Source: Octopus bimaculoides (lineage: Eukaryota). Taken from it: a stretch of DNA of 63,484 nucleotides. Numbering within the stretch: the first letter of the stretch is position 1; every line of letters begins with the position of its first letter. Location of the stretch: positions 82,247,647-82,311,130 of the forward strand of contig NC_068985.1 of assembly GCF_001194135.2 (NCBI RefSeq), read 5' to 3'. The notes below the pieces were generated by a model. The model was not told where the DNA came from and did no database searches. It worked only from the letters and a program-made list of their open reading frames with translations. The translations under genes were made by a program, and so were the position numbers. Below, piece by piece: positions 1 to 13,397 of the stretch.

Positions 1-33
<33 letters not shown>

Positions 34-62
34 GACGCACATACACACACATATATATACAA

Positions 63-97
<35 letters not shown>

Positions 98-1090
98 GTC
101 TTTTAACATGTTGCTATTAATTATTTCATATATATACATATACATACACATATATATATTTATATCTATATATATATATACACACACATACACATTTATA
201 TACATACACATACACACACCACACACACACAAGTGAGTGGTAAAGAATATCTCAACAAAAGAGTGACATTTCATATTGAATATATATTTGTTAAGGTAAT
301 TAAAATAAAGGACCGAAGATAAAATACAGACTTCTTTTCTTTTTTTCTTTTCTTTCATTTGTAAGTAGATAAAGGGATTCCCTTTTTATCATTCTTTCTT
401 TACACAAGCATGCACACATACAGCACAAAACTTATATTTAGAGAGTTATGTGAAAATCACTCAATTGAAAACAAACTAAAATGAAAAGTAATTTGAAATA
501 ATTAATAGCAACATGAAAAAACAGAATTAATATGAAAGTATAGAAGAGAAGATGATAGCCTAAAAGAGAAGCAACACAATTTAAGAAGGATAGAAAATTT
601 CATGTGAATTTGAAAACTCCAAAGATATTGCAATTTCTTCTGAAGTCTTTAGATAATGTAATGGAAACTCTTTATGTAAATTTATATGGGAAATTATATA
701 TATGTATATTATATAAAATATATGCATATGTATTCATATATAAATAAATAAATTAATTAATTAATTAATTAAATATATATATATATATACAGGTGTGTGT
801 GTATAAATATATGTATACGGATATATATATATATACACACACATGTGTGTGCATAAATATATGCATATTTATTATGTGTGTGTGTGTGTAAGCATGTGTA
901 GGTGTGTGTATGTATGTGTAGGCGGTGTGTGTATGTATGTGTAGGCAGTGTGTGTTTGTAAATCCTGGTGGAGACCAAAACTATACTAAAAGAACTCTGA
1001 TCACTGAAAAACAGTCATAATGCAATTTGTAAGCATGTAAACATTAAAGTAGAAAATATTTATCACAATTGTAATTTTTATTCATTTTCT

Positions 1091-1136
<46 letters not shown>

Positions 1137-1173
1137 GTATATATATATGTGTGTGTGTATACGTGTATATATC

Positions 1174-1208
<35 letters not shown>

Positions 1209-1945
1209 TTAGATAGATAGATAGATGGATAGATACCTATTGAAGCTAAATAAAAAAGATTGTAATTCTTTACAAGTTTTCAAATGAAAATACCTACGGC
1301 TTAGGTAGAATAGATATAAAATGGTGTTGTATTAACCCCTGTAAGATGATAAGCTATCCCTGAGTATAAGTTTATATATCAAATAACAAAACTGATAATG
1401 CGATATGAAATAAACTCATAACAGGCTAACATTACAGATTTTGGGAAAAATATTATATTAGAACTCCAGTCATTATTTTTACCATCAATAATGATAATAA
1501 TGATAATATTTTTAGCAATAATAGCAACAAGAAACTAATTAGTAACTAATTGAAAGTCTCCAAAACTAAGTGTACAAACTCTGAAATTAGGGATATGATG
1601 AATAGTAACAATAATATTATATTGTAATTAGTAAGAAGCAATAGTACTCCATCATATTTGAAGAATTTCAGATTTAGGCACAGAAAGCAGATTAAGGGAG
1701 ACAATGTAAATAAAAGCAAAGGAAAAAAAAAAGAAAAGAAAAAAGGGAGATTCAGCAAAAGTTATAAATAAGAATGGTATATAATGTATCAAATGATGAT
1801 GAGGAGGAGGAGGATTACAAGATACAAAACAAATAAACCCAAAGAGAAACAGAGCTGGCATGAAAATGTTTGATATACAAGAAGTTTACATCTTTAAAAA
1901 TGTGAAGAGAATTATGTGTATGAATAAAAGAAATTTAAATGCTAG

Positions 1946-2021
<76 letters not shown>

Positions 2022-2333
2022 ATGTGCGCATATCAGGAGAAAACTCAAAACACAAATCAAAACATCTCACTGCAAATATCAAAATATGCAATGGTTAAAA
2101 TGCTCATTTTGAAATGATGCATATACAATATGCTTTACATTAGAAGAAATGCAAGAGACATATACATATAGAAGACCTAGGATTAAAAAAAAGTACGAGT
2201 TAAAGCATGAGTACGTATATATATATATATGTATATGTGTATGTATATATATAGAGAGAGAACAAGAGATAGGTAGATAGATATAATCATATAAAGATAT
2301 AGATATATACACACATATATATATATATTATAA

Positions 2334-2403
<70 letters not shown>

Positions 2404-2481
2404 ATTTATGTATAAAGGAAAAACTCCAGTTAAGCAAATACAAAACATAAACAAAGTGAAATTTGATAACATTCATACAGT

Positions 2482-2560
2482 ACCGAAGTTCAATCTGTAT
2501 TTGGCCCATGCCAGCATCGTTACGTCTCAGTCGCCCTACAACTTGAGTGTATCTGCTGCC
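2482..2560 (-). CDS. Candidate exon (GC/CpG-richer island), frame ...VVGRLRRNDAGMGQIQIELR; possibly a C2-domain first strand or an alternative first exon
   Basis: About 50% GC unique sequence among repeats. Open frame HNLGGSRYTQVVGRLRRNDAGMGQIQIELR(Y) with possible donors CG|GTACTG or CT|GTATGA. The G-x-I-Q-I-x-L-R-Y pattern resembles the start of C2 domains. Strand and boundaries are uncertain. Confidence 0.3.
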
Positions 2561-2759
2561 GCCCAGATTGTGTCATCAGAGAGAGAGGTGGAGAAACAAC
2601 AGTGGGACAAAGAGAGAGAAAGAGGGGGGAGGGAGAGATAGTAAAGGAGAGATTTTGAGAGAATATGTGGGAGGGAGAGAGAGAGAGAGTGGGAGGGATA
2701 GAATACTGGGAAGGAGTATAGGAAAACGTGTGAGAAACAAGTATTCCTAGCAATGCTTT

Positions 2760-4020
2760 TAGTGGTGGTGGTGGCGGCGGCAGTCGGTTACAGAGGCATT
2801 GGGAAATGAAATAGAAAGAGAATCAAATAAGGGAAAAAATGAATAAGAGAGTGAGTGATAATACTTTTAGTGATGCTGTTTTAGAAGGACTGGGAGAGGA
2901 AGACAGAGAAGAAAGGTGGTAGTGGTAATTGTGCTAGTAGTGTTGATAATAGTGGTGGTGGTGCTGCTGCTAGTAGTAGTAGTAGTAGTAGTAGCAGCAA
3001 TTGTAATCATAGTTGTGATGATGTCAGTGGTAGTTGTACTTACAAAGTAGTGATATAAGCAGGACCACACTTTTTGGTTTCTTTTTTTTTTGTACTTTTT
3101 TTTCTTTTTTTTTTTTTATATCACACTTTGCTCGGCCAGATAAGATAGCAGAACACCGCACAACACAACACAACACTGCAGAGCAAAACAAAGTGGAATG
3201 GAGCAGAGAAGAAGAGCACAGCAGTGCATAGAGACTAGGAGGGAAAAGATGAAGATGTTTGCATGTCAGAGGCTTTGCTTATTGTTGCTGCCACTGCTGC
3301 CGCTACCACTGCTGCTGACACTGCTAACACCAAAGATGAAGCTAGTGCTTACACAACTGCAGCAGCAGCAGCACAACCACCACTACCACCACCACCACCA
3401 CCACCACCAACAGCAATAATAACAACAACAATGGGTCAGTTTTAATTTCCCATTGCACTGTTTAAGGTTAAGTAGTAGTAGTAGTAGTAGGGGGCTGGTG
3501 GGATGGTGAAGAAGAAGAAGAAGAAGAAGAAGAAGAAGAAGAAGAAGAAGAAGAAGAAGAAGAAGAAGAAGAAGAAGAAGAAGAAGAAGAAGAAGGAGGA
3601 GAAGAAGAAGAAATTAGAACAGTAGCAGCAGTGGCAGGCGGAGGAGGAGGAGGAGGAGAATAAGAAAGATATTGGAAATACTGAAAGTGTGAGGAGGAAA
3701 AGTAGTGATAGTGGTGGTAGCAGCTATAAGGTAAAGAGAGGGATAGAGAACGGGGTTGTAGCTGCTGCTGATGCTTTTTTTTTTGGCAAGGAGGAGAATT
3801 AAAGAGGAGAAGGAAAAGGAGAAAGAGGCGGAGAGAAATATAAGCATAAAGGAAGAAGGGAGAAAACAAACGAAGGGGGAAACAAATGATGGTGATGAAA
3901 CTATTTGTGATGATATTGTCAGCAATAGCAGTAATAATGATTGTAGCAGTATTGTTGATGGTCATCAATGCAGTGGCAGTAATGTAGCAGAGAGGCTGAT
4001 AGTAGCAGTGGCTTGTGGAC
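2760..4020. repeat. Cluster of mixed trinucleotide microsatellites including (GAA)29 at 3508-3594, (GTA)n, (CAG)n, (CAC)n, (GGA)n
   Basis: Directly visible; source of the poly-S/poly-T/poly-H pseudo-ORFs. Confidence 0.95.
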
Positions 4021-4139
4021 ATTCTGACAGGTCAGCTAAGGAAAATAAACAATAACAGAGAAGGATATGTGGATGGTGTTCCAAGCACGGTTTTGGTAGA
4101 GCTTAGTCCGGCTACCTACAACCACTACTTTCACTATGT

Positions 4140-4350
4140 TATATGCCCCACACATAAGCTATTTAGGGAGTCTCAATATAATCACTTGACCTAGCAAAAT
4201 TAGTAGCAAAATGTTTCTTAAATCACACCCTGCAGCCTCATAAAAGGGAAAATACATTCGATGGTATAGTCTCAGATATACAAAAGACAAGATAGTCATA
4301 AATGGAATGTTTTTGAATGTAGGCCAGCTCAAGGCTAAATAATAAACAAG
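4140..4350 (-). mobile_element. Degenerate SINE-like repeat (family with ggctgctatttctagc motif)
   Basis: Similar to copies at 31510-31700(+), 42300-42495(-) and 45295-45450(+). Confidence 0.55.
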
Positions 4351-4523
4351 TCCCACACACACACACACACACATATATATATACACATACATACACACAC
4401 ACAAACAGATATATATATATATATATATACATACATACATATAGACATACGTACCACAAACAGATATATATATACAAACACATATAGACACACGTGCACA
4501 CACACTCACACACACGGACACGC

Positions 4524-4556
<33 letters not shown>

Positions 4557-5469
4557 GCAGGCAAAAGAAAAACAATACAGAGAGGCTAATGGGACATTTT
4601 TGGTTGCAGTACCAGCACTAGCACCATCCCATACAGAGGAGTACAATTCACTGCCCCATAACAGATTATTATTGTCAAGTCACATATAATTGACAGAAGT
4701 GAGAATGAAGAGGTGCTAGGAATGGCTGACCCAGAGTGGCAGATGTTAAGAGTGTGGATCAGCTGTCTATTAGTGACAATTTATAGTGATACTTGTGGTG
4801 ACAGTGGAAGTGATGTTGAGGCAGACAGCAAGTACAGCTCTCACAGAAACTGAGTTTATTTTTTAAAATTATTTTGTAAAGAAAAAAAAAAAACCTTATC
4901 AATGAATACAATAAGAACCAAATAAAACAGAAGGAAGCAATGATATATCAAATGTAGAAATATATCATCATCAATCATCCTTAATGTTGTTTGTTTTAAT
5001 TTGTTGTTTTTTTTTTACTCAGTACTATTGGTACGAGTTTCCAATACATATTGCCACACACACACCCCAAGTTACTCTACCAAACAAAAATAGATACACA
5101 ATTTCATGCCTACTGAAATACTAATTAATACACACACACACACACATACACAAGCAGGCATCCCCCCCCCCCCGCACACAGCACAGAATTAAAAATTGCA
5201 CAAATACAAATTCACAACTGTTGGAAAGAGAATCACAAAGTTTTGGGTGGTTTTCTAACAACAAAATAAGTCTGATATTAGAAATTTGTTACCATTAAGA
5301 AGAAATGAATACTGAAGTTCAGCACTCCTTGTTTTTTCAATAACCTTTATCTTTAAACATATGTATACCATCATCATCATCATCATCATCATCATCACTA
5401 ATATCCTTATTATAACTGCCCAGTTGAGCCCCCTGGCCTTCCCCTTTTTGTTCATTACCATACAGTGTA

Positions 5470-6305
5470 TGTTGGTACCAAGCACCCATTACCTCATATC
5501 CATACTTCTAGCATAGTAGCCAGTGAAGGTTTGGGGCTACCTTGTCATGTCTCTCTTGTTGGCTGTTCATGATCAGAATTCATGAGCACTCTCAAGTCCA
5601 TTTTTGGTCCTTCTGCATTAGCAGCATTCTGTAGCAGGTCCTGTTTGCTGTTTACCAAATATTCTGCCCTGTTTCTTCTTTGACTGCTGATGTACTCCCA
5701 TATGCTAAACATCAGGCCATATCCACCTTTACCCCTCTACATTCACCCTAGGGTGGAGGGCACCAAGCATTGTCATTGTCTTTCAGGTAGTGCGGTCTAG
5801 TTGGTGTCCATTTCAGGATGGGTGCACTGTAGTGGACTACAACAACAGCCCATATGTTGATGGCAGTCACAGGGTTTTTTGAGTTGAGTTTTGATTTCAA
5901 GAGAAATTTGAGTTGCTTGAAATATGCAGTGATGACCTTATCTTTCATTTCTGTGTACAAAATATTGTCCAGCTCCAGGATCCCAAAGTCCTTGTACCCA
6001 TCATCATCTGGGTCTTCAATTCTCCCTCCATTTGACAATTCTATGCCCCTACAGCCTGCTCTTTAACTCATTTCAAAGTGAGCACCGTACACTTCAAGAT
6101 ACTGAATTCCATCCCTATATCCTTGCTGCACATCTGCACCATCTCAACCAGCCTCTCCATTTCAGGATCTGCTTTTGCAAATAGTTTTAAATCATACATG
6201 GTGGTTGAGATGTGGTCCATTCTTTCTCAGCTCATAGTGCATGTTGACTTTGCATAGGACTACAGAAAGTGGGATCAAGGCTATAATGAATAATGTAGGT
6301 GAAGA
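5470..6305 (-). pseudogene. Decayed non-LTR retrotransposon RT fragment, R4/Dong-like
   Basis: Translations: SPTLFIIALIPLS, YDLKLFAK..DIGMEFSILKC (from YMDDLKL..DIGMEFG), YKDFGILELD..LKSKLNSKNPVTAINIWAV..YSAPILKWT, RHDKVAPNLHWLLC*KYGYE; stops and frameshifts present. Confidence 0.85.
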
Positions 6306-6448
6306 TCAGTGATTGTGTAGGCAAGGTGAAGCTGTAGTAGAGGAGAGGCTGGCCAATCAATATAATGTAGAAAACCCTGTATTACAGAGAAACCTCAGGA
6401 GAAGACTTGAGGATATAATAGTTACAAGAAGAGAGACCAAGCTGGTGA

Positions 6449-6483
<35 letters not shown>

Positions 6484-6728
6484 CTCTGTTAATAACAATC
6501 AACAGGAGAATCATGTTAAGTTTCAATGTCTACTTTGGTACAGCTTCTTTGGCTGGATACCTTTCCTAATGCCAACCATTTTATCAGGTGTACTAAATGG
6601 TTTTTCCATGGTACTGGTACTAGTCATCAAGTAACTCACAAGACAAGACCCCTCAAATGAGGAGTTTATATTACTGAGGAAGGTTGATTGATGCTAGGAG
6701 TATATACGTGTCTGTGTGTGTGTGTGTA

Positions 6729-6768
<40 letters not shown>

Positions 6769-7206
6769 NNNNNNNNNNNNNNNNNNNNNNNNNNNNNNNN
6801 NNNNNNNNNNNNNNNNNNNNNNNNNNNNNNNNNNNNNNNNNNNNNNNNNNNNNNNNNNNNNNNNNNNNNNNNNNNNNNNNNNNNNNNNNNNNNNNNNNNN
6901 NNNNNNNNNNNNNNNNNNNNNNNNNNNNNNNNNNNNNNNNNNNNNNNNNNNNNNNNNNNNNNNNNNNNNNNNNNNNNNNNNNNNNNNNNNNNNNNNNNNN
7001 NNNNNNNNNNNNNNNNNNNNNNNNNNNNNNNNNNNNNNNNNNNNNNNNNNNNNNNNNNNNNNNNNNNNNNNNNNNNNNNNNNNNNNNNNNNNNNNNNNNN
7101 NNNNNNNNNNNNNNNNNNNNNNNNNNNNNNNNNNNNNNNNNNNNNNNNNNNNNNNNNNNNNNNNNNNNNNNNNNNNNNNNNNNNNNNNNNNNNNNNNNNN
7201 NNNNNN
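6769..7206. other. Assembly gap (N) flanked by (TA)n/(GT)n
   Basis: Run of n. Confidence 1.
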
Positions 7207-7454
7207 GTGTGTGTGTGTGTGTGTGTGTGTGCACCAGAAAAATTTGTTACTGTAATTTTGTCATTTTTAAGCTCAATTCTCTCTTTGGGATAAAGTAAAA
7301 TATACTACTATTATTATCACTGAATATTTGGACCTTGCACTCCATCAAATAATTAATATTGTTAATTGCAGATGTCATTGTTGGTAATATTGTTGATACA
7401 GTTGTACTTGATATGTGCAAGAGTGAAGGCTGTGCTAGTATGGTCATGTAATGT

Positions 7455-8720
7455 ATATGGATGGGGACAGCTGCATAAAACGGTACTGATCACTTCATGA
7501 GGATGGAACCTATGGAAAAGAGAGACCTAGGAAAACACAGGACAAAGTAGTGATGACTGACCTCGGGTTGTTGAGCCCCATGGAGGAGATAAGAAAGGAT
7601 CAAGAAGAAAGCAATGGGCAGTGCTTGAGAAGAACCATCAATCTCAGCAAAAAATAAGGCTCTAAAAGTATATTACTTATGTTTCTACCCTTGCACCTAA
7701 GCCTTCCTCTGCCAAGCCTCCCCACAATCCATCTTCTTAACTCCAATTACTCCATTACTCTCCTGACTGCTCCACTATTTACTTAGTTGCTGTAATTATA
7801 TATGAGGAGAGCTGCATATATTTCACCGCCCTTTTGTGCTATTGCTTGTATCTCTCCTTGGAACCACTTCCTCTGTCACCTATCCTGCATTCTCAGTAAC
7901 ATCCCTTAGCTCTATATTTTCCATTGAATACCTTCTTATATCTATTCTCCTGCACACCTTCTTATATCTACGCTTGATGCCCCCCCCCACCTGTTTGTCA
8001 TGCACTATATCCACCCCTGCATACCACTGACTGTCATCTTTATCACTGTGCATCTTTTTTTTTTACCTTGCCCACACTTCACCTCATCTCCCTATTTCTC
8101 ATCTATCTACAACTTTATTATACTGTTACTCTCCATCACCCACTTTTGTGTACATCCACTTATTCCCTCCACCTCTCTGACCCCTTCCTATTTTCCTTTA
8201 CCTCATTTCCAAACTGTGGTTTGCCACTGAGCAAGCTCATCTCTACTCAGCTTTGTCATTCATTGTATTAATCTTTCTCCAACTGTAAACATCTCCACTC
8301 TCTTTTCACCTTCTCAGAGTACTATCCTTCCACCCACACTCAATCCCTTTCCCTATTCTCTCTTATAGCCACCTTCATTTGCCTTGAGGGTATGCCCTGA
8401 CATCTCTAGTTGGTGTAGCCATGTATCACCAGTTCCTATCCCACTATCATATTTTAGCCTCTCAACACGTGGTACAAAACCACTCTCCTCAAAACTACAT
8501 CCTTGCTCAGTTGAGAGATCTTGTGAGCTACTTGGTGACCTCACTAGTGCCAGTGCCATGATAAAGACACTCAGTACTGACTATAAAGTAGCTGACATTA
8601 AGAAAGGCCAGATCCCTTTCCTAATACAAAAGTAGGCATGTAGTCCACCGGCTTGTTAAATCCTGTCAAACTGTCTGACCCATGCCAGCATAGAACACAG
8701 ATGTTAATTGATGAGAATGA
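7455..8720 (+). mobile_element. 5'-truncated RTE-type LINE: ORF C-terminus, long pyrimidine-rich 3' region, and RTE tail
   Basis: MDGDSCIKR..DGTYGKERPRKT..DKVVMTDL (RTE C-terminal GRPRKTW motif); tail cctgtcaaactgtctgacccatgccagcat..gatgttaattgatg; a related copy lies at 46066-47310(-). Confidence 0.7.
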
Positions 8721-8896
8721 GTATGCATGCATATTGTAAAAATGTTTATGCATGCACACACTTTACCCTGAGTAACTAAAGTAATTTGTATAAATATTTT
8801 GTGTGCTGCCTTCATGTCAAATAAAGAAATCACCATTATCATCATCACCATCATCATCATCATCATCATCATCATCATTATCTAATGGTGTCCCTT

Positions 8897-9545
8897 TACA
8901 TTCTGAATTCAAATCCTGTTGAGATAACCATTGCCTTTTGCCCTTCCAGGGTCGATAATGTAAAGTACCGACTAAGGGCTGGGGTTTATTTAATCAACCA
9001 AACTTCTTTCCCTCATTTTCAGGCCTTTGTACTAATTATAAAAATCATTATCTTTAATACTATTATCATTAAGGTGGTGAGCTGGCAGAATCATTAGCAC
9101 ATAGGACAACCTTTTTAGCTGCGTTTCTTTCATTTCTACATTCTGAGTTCAAATATCACCAAAATCAACTTTATCCTTCATCGTTTCAGTGTCAATAAAA
9201 TATGTACCATCACTGAGGTTGATATAATCAACTACTTTTCCTCCAAAATTTCAGGCCTTGTGCCTGTATTAAAAAGGATTATTATTGTTATCAATGTCAC
9301 AAACCATCATGTCATTATTATAATTATAATCATCATTATTATTACTATTTTCATCATTATGTGTTAAACCTCACACATTTATCCCTTTCTCTCTATTATG
9401 GTGTTAATGACTTTGCCTTCTCATCCCTCTAGGGGTAGATAACATTAAGTATCAACAGGTACTGAAGTCATTATAATCAACCACACTCACCCCTCCAAAT
9501 TTATAGCTTTGTGCCTATGCTAGAAATCATTATCATACTCATTAT
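8897..9545 (+). mobile_element. Three head-to-tail tRNA-derived SINE copies (Meta-like domain gactttgcctttcatcctttcggggtcgataa)
   Basis: Repeated ttctgagttcaaat / ccttcatc / gataa / aagtacc / aatttcaggccttgtgcct modules separated by (ATT)n-like tails. Confidence 0.8.
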
Positions 9546-10706
9546 TTAGATCTTCATGCATTTAACTCACCTGCTTATCTTTATCTCCCAGCTTAAGTAG
9601 GATAAGGTTATGTGACCCCACCATCCCCCTCCTTACCAAAATCTTTCTCAGATTAGTGACTAAAATATATAAAACAAAAGATACTACCACCACTACAACT
9701 GCCACAGCCACCATTACCACATCATCATCATTGTGTTTTCATTGTCATCATGGTAACCACTTCCACAGCAGAAGGAAAGAGTTCAGACCAGCTGTGAGCC
9801 AGAGAATGCACATGGAAACTATAAATAAGTTGCTGATACTGCAGAGTAAAACCTGCAGAATCTCAAAATATGAAATTCACCCCATGCCTCCCCACTTTCT
9901 TCCCTATCTCTCTCTCTCTTTCTCAATCACTCTCACTCTCACACACATTCTCTCCATTCTCTCATACACCAATTGACCTAAAAGAAGTGAAATCTTCAAA
10001 TCAACCTCTATGTAAAATTTAAATTAAAATGAATTTGAAATAAAAACAATGTATGCTCAACATAAGGAATGACATTTTCACTACCAACAACCCAGAAAAA
10101 ATATGCTGAAAAGACATGTAAAAAAGAAAGAAATTTATGCAAAAATAAGTTATCAGGCTTTCCTTTCCTCAGACAATTTTCTCTAATTATTATTCCTATT
10201 TTTTTACATGTACTCTATGTGTATTTTAATTTGTGATTTATTTATATTTATAATTTTTCTTTCTATACAAAGCAAACTAATTTGAAACACATTCTCAAAC
10301 ATATTAAGCACACATACCCAACACACAGCCAGAATAAAGTGAGAGAGTGCATGTGCATGTGTGTGTGTGTGTGCATATATATATATATATATATATAGAT
10401 ATGTATAATATAAATATACACAACTATATGAGCATGTATCTGTATGTGTATGTATAGATAGATCTGTATATACGTATATATATATATTTGTATCTCTCTC
10501 TCTCTCTCGCTCTCTGTGTGTGTGTGTATGTATATATATATATATATATAGTTGGAATTTACAAAAAGAAAGAACAAAAGACAAAGATGGGTGTGTAAAA
10601 AACAGTCATACACAAAAATGTGTATACTCATATACATAAGTAATATATATAAGTATAATATAAAATAGATAAGTATAATTAAAAAATTTAAATGTACTTA
10701 TATTTG

Positions 10707-10762
<56 letters not shown>

Positions 10763-10929
10763 TATGTATATGTATATTTGTTGTATATATCAATACATTT
10801 ATATATTTATACATACAAGCATGTCAAAATACATCTATACACACATATATTCATACATGCATATAGTTGTACATACATATATGTATAACTGTATACATCT
10901 ACACATATATATGATATAATGTAATAGAA

Positions 10930-10987
<58 letters not shown>

Positions 10988-11789
10988 CATGTATATGTAC
11001 CTATATATATAATATATATATATATATACATGCATATATACATATATATAAGGACATATATACGTATATATGAAAAAATATGCACCTATATTTCTAGAGT
11101 CATTATACTGTTAAAATAAAAAAATAAAAATGGAATTAATGAGCAAATCGCAATGCAAGTTGAAATAATTTAAAATCTGAAAGAAAAATCTTTCATACAT
11201 ACAGAAAGTAATACACATATACACCCTTAAGCACACACACAACACAACACATCACACACACATCTCACATGTAGAGACCTGGAATAAATTTTTTTTTAAA
11301 TATGCTATTAAAATTCACAAAAACTAAAAAAAATTAAATTTAGCCGTTGTTCTTTAATATTTAGTACAATATCATTATGCGAAAATTGTATTATTAACCA
11401 GGTATTAAAATTAACTATATTCATAGCACGCACATATACTATGTACATACATGTGATATCTTATCTGTATAAACATGTGTGTGCATGTATGTGTGTATGT
11501 ATATCCTATATAATATATACATATAATATATACACAGACATATATATCATATACTTGTATATATCATATATACATACATGTGTGTGTGTGTGTGTGTACA
11601 TATAATGTATTTATCCATATTATATACAATACGCATTAAAATATATCAAACATATAATGTTGTAGTGCACTTGGGCAATGATACAATAAACCCATTATTT
11701 TTATTATCATTATAACTATCAATTTACCTACATACTTACATATATATGTGCATGTATGTATGTGTGTGTGTATATGAAATACTCATATA

Positions 11790-11985
11790 TTACTTGGTGA
11801 CCTTACAAATGCCAGTGCCATGTACAAAAAGCATCCAGTAACTTTGTAAAGTGGTTGGCATCAGGCCAGGTATCCAGCCATAGAAACCATGCCAAAGATT
11901 GATGCAGTTCCCTGGGTCACTGGGTCCTGTCACATCATTCAACCCATGCTAGCATGGAAGACAAGCATTAAATGATGTTGATAAG
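11790..11985 (+). mobile_element. Degenerate RTE/SINE 3' tail
   Basis: gtggttggcatcagg..atccagccatagaaacc..aacccatgctagcatggaag..ttaaatgatg. Confidence 0.7.
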
Positions 11986-12446
11986 AAGGACAGTATAATG
12001 TCATTAAGACAATTTAAGGTGGAATATAAAGTGTTATGTTTAAATTGGAGATCTTATGGCATAATTATCAGATCCTTCACTTCAGATATAGAAGTGGAAA
12101 AGTATAGGATAAATAAAAAGCATCTGTGAAAAATATGTTGAACATTGGCATAATAGCACATGTTCCTACATTGTATCTAGACTTACAAACATACCACAAA
12201 CATACATATATGCACAGGTACTTTTGTTCCAGAAATCCATGTAGAGAAATAGGAATTCATCCTAATATTTATTCTTGAATTTGTATAGTTTTCTCACATA
12301 ATTATAAAAAAAATAATTAGCAAATACACATATAAACATACACGTATTAAGATTCAGGTATGTATACATGTTTGTGATGTGTAAGTGAATGTATGTGTGT
12401 GTGAGAATGTGGGTGTAAGTAAGTTATAGATAGATAGATAGATACA

Positions 12447-12490
<44 letters not shown>

Positions 12491-12497
12491 GCACTAG

Positions 12498-12800
12498 GAC
12501 AATTCATTATCAGTGAATTCATCACCAGTCAATGCAGTTCTTGTTAGTCAATTCATTCATCACTAGTCAATTCATAGCCAGGTCAATTTGACATCAAGTC
12601 AATTCATTATCAGTCAATTTGTTGCCACATCAATTTGTCATCAGCATCAATGTTAGAATAACACCAGGTTATTTCATCATTAATATAGCTTTAGTTTCCC
12701 ATGTTTGAACTTCAATTTTAGTTGAAAATGTACTTGTGAAAAGGAAATTTTTTCTTAATTGACAGTGTTGAGTTGGTGATAAATGGTTGCTGTGAGTGGT
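12498..12800. repeat. Degenerate ~15-bp array (agtcaattcatcacc) with inverted copies downstream; possible MITE subterminal repeats
   Basis: About 9 imperfect gtcaatt(c/t) units at 12498-12650; reverse-oriented aattgac..gagttggtgat at 12757-12790. Confidence 0.55.
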
Positions 12801-13114
12801 TTTTGGAGAGATTTGAGCTATTTTTGGTTAATATGTATTTTAGTTAATGAATGAAGCATCAGAGACATAAAAGAGATAACAATGAGAATAACTCATATAT
12901 CAAAGGTCATTTAATTTCATTTTAGAGAATATGTTGATCACAATGGATACAAACCCAGGCTAAAATGCAAAAATTTATCCAAGGAGAACAAATTAGCTAA
13001 ATAAAGAATACATAGATGATATGAAATAGTGCATTAGAAATATGAAAGACAATTACAACTCTGAATGAAACTGAATTTCCTTAAATTACATACACACACA
13101 TAAGTAGTGTACAT

Positions 13115-13184
<70 letters not shown>

Positions 13185-13359
13185 TTTTGCATAAAAGTGG
13201 AAAAGCTTAAATTTCGTACTTTAATTTGACTCAACAACTGTTTCATTAAGATAAACATCAACAAAATAAAAATTGAAGTAAATTTAATTACATTAATTTA
13301 AAGACTGTGTTTACCCAAATCATCTGCAATGTTGTGTTATGTTAATCAGAAAATAGTCA

Positions 13360-13397
<38 letters not shown>

